DNA of 64,000 nucleotides. It comes from Vulcanimicrobiota bacterium (GTDB taxonomy: Bacteria; Vulcanimicrobiota; Vulcanimicrobiia; Vulcanimicrobiales; Vulcanimicrobiaceae). The stretch spans positions 352,001 through 416,000 of the forward strand of contig CAWGBN010000006.1 of assembly GCA_963820825.1 (NCBI GenBank), in the 5' to 3' direction. Both the position numbers and the translations under genes were made by a program. A model generated the notes under the pieces. The model was not told the DNA's origin, ran no database searches, and saw only the letters and a list, made by a program, of their open reading frames with translations. This document shows, piece by piece, positions 58,302 through 64,000 of this stretch (positions are counted from its first letter, which is position 1; every line of letters starts with the position of its first letter).

Positions 58302-59624
58302 ATGAAAGCGGGATCGTTGAGCTTTATCGAGGTCCTGGCGACCTCGATTGCGTTGATCGGGCCGAGCATGACGCCGATTTTGATCGCACCGTACATGTAT
58401 GCGCTCGCCGGAAACGGCACGTGGCTGGCCTATGTCTTCGGCAGCATCATGCTGATTTTCGTCGCCGTCTGCATCAACCAGTTCGCGCGCCGCTCGAGCG
58501 CGGCCGGTTCGATGTACGGCTACGTGGCCGACCATCTCGGGCCCGTGGCCGGAGCGGTCGGCGGCTGGACGCTGCTCTGGGCGTACGGATTCGTCGCCAC
58601 GGCGGTGCTCGGCGCGATGGCACTCTTCGTGCAAGGGCTGCTCTCGGATGCGGGAATGCACGCGCCGGCGCTCCTCATCGTGGTGGTGCTTGCGGCAATC
58701 GCGTGGCAGGCGGCGTATCGCGGCGTGCAAGTCTCGGCGATCCTCATGCTGGTGCTCGAGCTGGTATCGGTCAGCGTTATCTGCGTTCTCGTTGCAATCG
58801 TTCTGCATACGCACGGTCCGTCGCTCGACCTCAATCAACTTCACGTTAGAGGCGGTTTTCCGGGCGGCATCGGCTTCGCCGTCGCGTTTGCGGTCTTCAG
58901 CTTCGTCGGCTTCGAAAGCGCAACGGCCTTCGGCGCCGAGGCCAAGCGCCCGCTGGTGACGATCCCGCGGGCCGTGATCGGGAGCGTCATCTTCGCCGCG
59001 GCGTTTTTCGTGATTGCGACCTATGCGGAGATCGTCGGCCTTTCGCATCTCGGCAAGCCGCTCGACAAAGAACAGTTTCCGCTACAGACGCTGGTGCAAG
59101 GGTACGGGCTCGGCTATCTCGCGATCCCGATCACCATCGGTGCGATCTGCAGTGCATTCTCGGTCTGCCTCGCGTGCATTACGACGGCCGGCCGCATCGT
59201 CTACGCCATGGCCGGTGCGGGGCTCTTTCCCGCAACCTTCGCGCGGATCGAACCGAAGCACGACACGCCCAACGTCGCAGTGACCGTCGTCACCGCGACG
59301 TCGCTCGCGATTGCATCCGTCGCGCTCGCCTGCGGCGTCGCACCGATCGACGTCTTCAACGACTGCGGCACGCTCAGCACCTTCGGGTTCTTGGTCATCT
59401 ACATGCTGATCGCGATCGGGGTCGTTGCGTTCTGCAGAGAGCTGGGCGAGCTGCGTCCGATCGATATCGCGGTCTCGAGCGTCGCGGCGCTCCTGCTCCT
59501 GCTCGCGGCCGTCACGCTCTACTACCCGGTTCCGGCACCGCCGCAACGCTGGTTCGGCTACGTCTTCGTGCTCTTTCTCTGCGCCGGCTGGGGCTGGTTC
59601 CGTTTCAGGAGGGCCAGCGGCTGA
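58302..59624 (+). CDS. APC family amino acid permease
   Basis: About 12 TM segments; AGSMYGY, FSFVGFESA, EAKRP..TIPRA. Confidence 0.9.
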   Translation: MKAGSLSFIEVLATSIALIGPSMTPILIAPYMYALAGNGTWLAYVFGSIMLIFVAVCINQFARRSSAAGSMYGYVADHLGPVAGAVGGWTLLWAYGFVATAVLGAMALFVQGLLSDAGMHAPALLIVVVLAAIAWQAAYRGVQVSAILMLVLELVSVSVICVLVAIVLHTHGPSLDLNQLHVRGGFPGGIGFAVAFAVFSFVGFESATAFGAEAKRPLVTIPRAVIGSVIFAAAFFVIATYAEIVGLSHLGKPLDKEQFPLQTLVQGYGLGYLAIPITIGAICSAFSVCLACITTAGRIVYAMAGAGLFPATFARIEPKHDTPNVAVTVVTATSLAIASVALACGVAPIDVFNDCGTLSTFGFLVIYMLIAIGVVAFCRELGELRPIDIAVSSVAALLLLLAAVTLYYPVPAPPQRWFGYVFVLFLCAGWGWFRFRRASG

Positions 59625-60990
59625 TCGCGACGCGCTGCTGCGTATAGAACGCGACGGCATCTTTGCCGTGGCAGCGCAGATCGCCGAAGATCGAGTCCTT
59701 CACCCCGCCGAACGGAAAGAACGCCATCGGCGCCGCGATGCCGACGTTGATGCCGACCATTCCGACCTCGATCCGCGATGCAAAGGTGCGCGCACTGCCG
59801 CCGTCGCGAGTGAAGATCGACGACGCATTGCCGTAACGCGAGCGATTGGCGACGCCGATCGCCTCGTCGAGCGACGTAACGCGAACGATCGCCAAGACCG
59901 GACCGAAGATCTCCTCGCGCGCGAGCTCGCTCTCCGGATCGACGCGATCGAAGATAATCGGCGCCGCGAACGAGCCGCTCTCGGGAACCGGGCGCGAATC
60001 GAGCAAGACCTCGACGCCCGACTCTCGCGCGCGCTTCACGTAACCGTCGATGCGCGCGAGCGCTTCGTCGCTCACCACCGGACCCATCTCGACCCCCTCC
60101 TCGGCACCGCGTCCGAGGCGTAGCTTCGTAGCGGCATCGACGAGCATCGGTGCGAACTTGTCGCCCGCCTCACCGACGGCGACGACCACCGAGCCGGCTA
60201 AACAGCGCTGTCCCGCGCCGCCGAACGCGGCACCGATCACCGCGTCGCACGTGAAGGCGTCGACTGCATCCGGCATCACGACGATATAATTCTTGGCGCC
60301 GCCGAGGGCTTGAACGCGTTTGTGATGCGCGACCGCGCGCGCCTGGACGAGTCGCGCGGCTTGCGAAGATCCGACGAACGAGACCGCAGCGACGTCGGGG
60401 TGCTCGATCAGCGCCTCTGCGGTTTCATTCGCGCCGTGCACGACGGCGAAGATCCCGTCGGGAAACTTGCACTCCTGCGCAACCGTGAAGAGCAGTTCGG
60501 AAGTAAGAGGCGTCTGCGGCGAGGGTTTGAGGACGAACGTATTGCCCGCGGCGATTGCAATCGGAAACATCCAGAGCGGGATCATCGCCGGAAAGTTAAA
60601 GGGCGTGATTCCCACGCAAACGCCCAGCGGATACCGCACCGAGACCGAGTCGATCCCCCGCGCGATGCCGGGGAGCGAATCGCCCATCATCAGCGAGGGC
60701 ATCCCGCAGGCGAACTCGACCGCCTCGATCCCGCGCCGAACCTCGGCCCGCGCGTCGGAGAGAATCTTACCGTTCTCGCGCGAGACGGAGAGTGCGAGAT
60801 CGTCGCGCCGCCGTTCGAGCGCGTCGGCGTAGCGGAAGAGGAGCCGCGCGCGTTCGACGACCGGAATCTCACGCCACGCGGTAAAGGCCTCGCGGGCACG
60901 GCTGACGGCGCGGTTCGCTTCGCCGCGGCTCGCGACGGGAAGCTCGCCGAGGAGCTCGCGCGTCGCCTTATCGTGGACTTGCAGCCGCAT
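59605..60990 (-). CDS. mmsA: CoA-acylating (methyl)malonate-semialdehyde dehydrogenase
   Basis: ITPFNFPAMIPLWMFP, SFVGS, GGAKN, GQRCLA, EEIFGP, FPFGG. Confidence 0.9.
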   Translation of the reverse strand: MRLQVHDKATRELLGELPVASRGEANRAVSRAREAFTAWREIPVVERARLLFRYADALERRRDDLALSVSRENGKILSDARAEVRRGIEAVEFACGMPSLMMGDSLPGIARGIDSVSVRYPLGVCVGITPFNFPAMIPLWMFPIAIAAGNTFVLKPSPQTPLTSELLFTVAQECKFPDGIFAVVHGANETAEALIEHPDVAAVSFVGSSQAARLVQARAVAHHKRVQALGGAKNYIVVMPDAVDAFTCDAVIGAAFGGAGQRCLAGSVVVAVGEAGDKFAPMLVDAATKLRLGRGAEEGVEMGPVVSDEALARIDGYVKRARESGVEVLLDSRPVPESGSFAAPIIFDRVDPESELAREEIFGPVLAIVRVTSLDEAIGVANRSRYGNASSIFTRDGGSARTFASRIEVGMVGINVGIAAPMAFFPFGGVKDSIFGDLRCHGKDAVAFYTQQRVAISRWPS

Positions 60991-62324
60991 CAGCGCTCGC
61001 TTTCGAGACGCCGCAGCGCTTGGTCGAGGATTTCGAAGGCTTCGTCGAGTTCGCCGGGCGTTACCACGAGCGGCGGCGCGACGATCGCGACGTTGTAGCG
61101 TCCGAGAACGTAGAGTCCGTGCTCGAGCAGATCGTTGAAGAAGCGCTGCAGCGAGGCCGAGCCCTGCCACGGAACCAAGGGCGCACGCGTCTGCCGGTCG
61201 CTCACGAGCTCGAGGCCGAAGAATGCGCCGACGCCGCGCACCTCGCCGACGATCTGATGACGCCGCTGCAGATCGTCGAAGCGCGTGCGCAGCTCGTCCT
61301 CGAGTTCGGCGGCGCGTTCGAAGAGATGCTCGTCGCGATAGGCGCGCAGCGCCGCGACGCCGGCGGCCATCGCGAGCGGGTGACCGCTGAAGGTGTGGCC
61401 GCTTGGGAGCGCGTGGTCGTCGAAGTGCGCCGCGAGCGATTCGCGCACCGCGACGCCGCCGAGCGGAACGTACGCCGACGTGACGCCTTTGGCAAAGGTG
61501 ATGATGTCGGGCGTAACGCCGAAGCGTTGCGCCGCGAAGGCCGCGCCGGTGCGGCCGAATCCGGTCATCACCTCGTCGAAGATCAGCAGAATGCCGTGGC
61601 GGTCGCAGAGCTCGGCAACGCGCTCGAGGTATCCCTGCGGATAGAGAATGACGCCGTTTGAGCCGACGACCGGTTCGATCAGCAGCGCCGCGACGTTTGC
61701 GCCGCCCTCGTAGTTGACGATCGTCTCGAGATGATCGATCGCGCGCTCGACCTCTTCGTGCGGATCGCGCGTATGAAAGGGACTGCGGTACGGAAACGGC
61801 GCGAAGAAGCGGACGATGCCGGGAATGCCCGGTTCGTTCGGCCAGCGGCGGTTCTCGCCGGTGAGCGTTCCGGCACCGGGTGCGGAGCCGTGGAAGGAAC
61901 GATACGCGGTGAGTACTTTATGCCGTCCGCGCAGCGCGCGCGCAAACTTGATCGCATCCTCGTTCGCCTCGCCGCCGCCGGTGGTGAAGAAGACGCGCCC
62001 GCCTTCCGCCCACGGAGCGATCGCAATAATCGCCGCGGCCAGCTCGGCGCGCCGGTCGTTCGCGAAGGTCGGAGCTACGTAGGCAATCCGGTGAGCCTGC
62101 TCGGCAATCGCCGAAGCGACCGCCGGATGGCCGTGGCCGAGATTCACTGCGACGAGGCCGGCCGAGAAGTCGAGGTAGCGCTTGCCGTTATCGTCGTAGA
62201 GCGAGGAACCCTCGCCGCGGACGATCACGGGCGGATTCCGTCCGCCCTGGCTCACCCACGGCGTCAGGACGTAGCGCGAATGCGCCGCGCTCGTCGGGCC
62301 CTCAATCGTCTTCATCACGCTCAT
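60990..62324 (-). CDS. Class III PLP aminotransferase (omega-amino acid type)
   Basis: YLDFSAGL, RSFHG, FDEVMTGFGRTG, TFAKG, GHTFSGHP. Confidence 0.9.
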   Translation of the reverse strand: MSVMKTIEGPTSAAHSRYVLTPWVSQGGRNPPVIVRGEGSSLYDDNGKRYLDFSAGLVAVNLGHGHPAVASAIAEQAHRIAYVAPTFANDRRAELAAAIIAIAPWAEGGRVFFTTGGGEANEDAIKFARALRGRHKVLTAYRSFHGSAPGAGTLTGENRRWPNEPGIPGIVRFFAPFPYRSPFHTRDPHEEVERAIDHLETIVNYEGGANVAALLIEPVVGSNGVILYPQGYLERVAELCDRHGILLIFDEVMTGFGRTGAAFAAQRFGVTPDIITFAKGVTSAYVPLGGVAVRESLAAHFDDHALPSGHTFSGHPLAMAAGVAALRAYRDEHLFERAAELEDELRTRFDDLQRRHQIVGEVRGVGAFFGLELVSDRQTRAPLVPWQGSASLQRFFNDLLEHGLYVLGRYNVAIVAPPLVVTPGELDEAFEILDQALRRLESER

Positions 62325-62330
62325 CGAAAC

Positions 62331-62471
62331 TCAGAGTTTGCCAAAGACCACGATTAAACCGCCTGCTACGCTTAATGCGAAGAAGACGATGAAGATCCAG
62401 ACCGCGAGGCGCTTCCAAAAGTCGCGCCGCGCGCGCGAAGCTCGCGTTTGATGCGATGGCCGCCGCTTCAT
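62331..62471 (-). CDS. Small single-TM protein (46 aa)
   Basis: MKRRPSHQ...basic N-terminus plus one TM helix; ATGA overlap with the rsfS stop. Confidence 0.55.
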   Translation of the reverse strand: MKRRPSHQTRASRARRDFWKRLAVWIFIVFFALSVAGGLIVVFGKL

Positions 62472-62821
62472 GCGCCTTGCTCCTTCGACTCGGCGCGAAG
62501 CGCCTCGCTCACGACGACGGACGACCAGAGCCGCTCGAGATTGTAGAACGTGCGCTGTTCGGGCGTGAAGACGTGGACGATCACGTTTCCGAGGTCGATC
62601 AGAATCCACGAACCGTCGGCATACCCCTCGACGCGCGAGGGGGTGTAGCCGTTGGCTCGCACCGCCTCGACGATCGCATCGGCGATCGCGCGCGTCTGAA
62701 TCTTCGAGCGTCCGGTGACGATTGCGAAAAAATCGGCAAGAATCGTCTTCTCGCCGACGTCGAGCGCAGTGAATGCTTCGCCTTTTTTATCGAGCGCGCT
62801 CTCGCGCACGATGTCGATCAA
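62468..62821 (-). CDS. rsfS: Ribosome silencing factor
   Basis: ALDKKG, ADFFAIVTG, WILIDLGNVIVHVF, FYNLERLW; TTG start overlapping the yqeK stop. Confidence 0.92.
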   Translation of the reverse strand: MIDIVRESALDKKGEAFTALDVGEKTILADFFAIVTGRSKIQTRAIADAIVEAVRANGYTPSRVEGYADGSWILIDLGNVIVHVFTPEQRTFYNLERLWSSVVVSEALRAESKEQGA

Positions 62822-63360
62822 CTCGCCGATGCTCGTGCCTCCGCTGCGACGCGCTTGCGCGCGTGATGTTCCGCCGCTAGGCGCATCGTCTCTCGGGTCG
62901 CGCCGGCGAGATCGTGCAACGCAAGCTCCCACAGCTCGCTCCGTTCGGCAAAGCGGCGATTCGGTTCGAGCGAATCGGCAAGATAGACGACGCAGTCGAG
63001 CGGCGACATCACCGGTGCGCCCGTCGTATGCTTCTCGATCGCGGAGAGCACTTCACCGTCGTCTACCCCAAAGTGCTCGCTCGCAAGCGCCGCCCCCAGC
63101 CGGGCATGCAGCATCATCGGGTGTTCGAGTTCGGCCTCGCCGATCGCAAAACCGCGCGCCGAGCTCTCGGCGAGAAGCCGTTCCGGTGAGTAGAGCCGGG
63201 CGAGATCGTGGAGCATCCCCGCGAGGCGTGCTTTGCGCGTGTCGAGGCCGTGACGGCGGGCGAGGGTCTCGGCGCATCGCGCAACGCGAACGCTGTGGGC
63301 GTACCGATGCTGCTGTCCGATGCGTTCGCGAACGCGGCGCTTGAGTTCCGTAAAGGTCAC
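62818..63360 (-). CDS. yqeK: HD-domain Ap4A hydrolase YqeK
   Basis: RYAHSVRV, GMLHDLAR, LHARLGA, HTTG, YLADSLEPNR. Confidence 0.9.
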   Translation of the reverse strand: MTFTELKRRVRERIGQQHRYAHSVRVARCAETLARRHGLDTRKARLAGMLHDLARLYSPERLLAESSARGFAIGEAELEHPMMLHARLGAALASEHFGVDDGEVLSAIEKHTTGAPVMSPLDCVVYLADSLEPNRRFAERSELWELALHDLAGATRETMRLAAEHHARKRVAAEARASAS

Positions 63361-63908
63361 TCGCGAGCCGCGCCGTCTTCTATGCGGGCGCGCAGCACCC
63401 GAAGCCGGTTGCGGTAGAGCTCGCTGCGCAGGCTTCCGGCCCACATGATGAGCGCGCTCTCGTTGTCGTCGCTATAGTATCCGGTTCGCATCGTTACCGT
63501 GGTAAAACCATACTTGCGATAGAGCCGTTGCGCGACCGTGTTGCTCTCCCGCACCTCGAGGGTCATCCATGCCGCCCCGCGTTCGATCGCCTCGTCGATC
63601 AGCGCGAGCAGCAGCACTTCGCCGAAGCGGCGGGTGCGAAACTCCGGGTCGATCGCGAGCGTCGTCACGTGCGAGTCCTCGAGAATTACCCAAATGCCGC
63701 CGTACCCGACGATCTTGTCGTCGAGGCTTCCGACGAAATAATGGGCGAGCTTGTTCGTGTTGAGCTCGTTGTAGAACGCGTCCGAAGGCCAGACGGTCGA
63801 GAACGAGGCGCGTTCGATCCGCGTTACCGCTGGTATATCCGGCGTCGCCATCGGGCGAATCGAGAACCGGCTGGGGTGTCGCGCCGGCCGGTCGAGTTCC
63901 ATCTTCAT
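63357..63908 (-). CDS. rimI: Ribosomal protein S18 alanine N-acetyltransferase
   Basis: IERASF..W, HVTTLAI, TLEVRESN..AQRLY.KYGF, YYSDDNESALIMW. Confidence 0.92.
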   Translation of the reverse strand: MKMELDRPARHPSRFSIRPMATPDIPAVTRIERASFSTVWPSDAFYNELNTNKLAHYFVGSLDDKIVGYGGIWVILEDSHVTTLAIDPEFRTRRFGEVLLLALIDEAIERGAAWMTLEVRESNTVAQRLYRKYGFTTVTMRTGYYSDDNESALIMWAGSLRSELYRNRLRVLRARIEDGAARE

Positions 63909-63917
63909 GCGCGAACG

Positions 63918-64000
63918 TTACAATTTCGGCGGTTTGGCGGCGGGAAGCTCGCCGTAATCGGCGCGCACCGCGTGCGGACTCGCCGGCGGCGTGCGCGAGA
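63918..64000 (-). CDS. C-terminus of upstream gene, probably TsaB (partial)
   Basis: Reads ...SPHAVRADYGELPAAKPPKL*; assignment relies on the usual tsaB-rimI gene order. Confidence 0.4.
   Translation of the reverse strand, partial: SRTPPASPHAVRADYGELPAAKPPKL

Noticed and set aside
1..64000. Many long overlapping Arg/Ala-rich ORFs in the six-frame track (e.g. 5076-6881 +, 24131-25468 +, 46329-47891 -)
   Set aside because: Shadow ORFs expected at high GC; they overlap well-supported genes and have no recognisable motifs

Overview
High-GC bacterial chromosomal window of mostly housekeeping genes, with no prophage, IS, CRISPR array, rRNA or tRNA. Gene content and an 'ALRQAQGD'-type repeat-derived peptide suggest Candidatus Eremiobacterota (Vulcanimicrobiota); this is an inference from memory, not a database result. 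It holds a tetrapyrrole operon (SirC-HemC fusion, hemB, mobA, hemL, rex, hemA, cobA-hemD, DUF92, MT-A70 methyltransferase) and a respiratory module (menG, polyprenyl synthase, tatA, tatC, resB, ccsA, Rieske, cytochrome b-c fusion). Other genes are rsmI-metG-tatD, nadABC, an OPT transporter, comEC/comEA, an ATP-dependent ligase, leuS, two S10 peptidases, a class III aminotransferase/MmsA/permease cluster and tsaB-rimI-yqeK-rsfS. hemB, pepP, nadB and the ligase carry frameshifts that look like long-read indel errors. Best leads: (1) an unrecognised ~200-nt structured RNA with its own promoter and terminator/antiterminator upstream of the OPT transporter (candidate riboswitch or sRNA); (2) a glutaredoxin-like probable selenoprotein with a C-terminal UGA and SECIS-like hairpin; (3) a palindromic repeat family translated in frame inside proteins, including leuS; (4) a cytochrome b with PAWY in place of PEWY.
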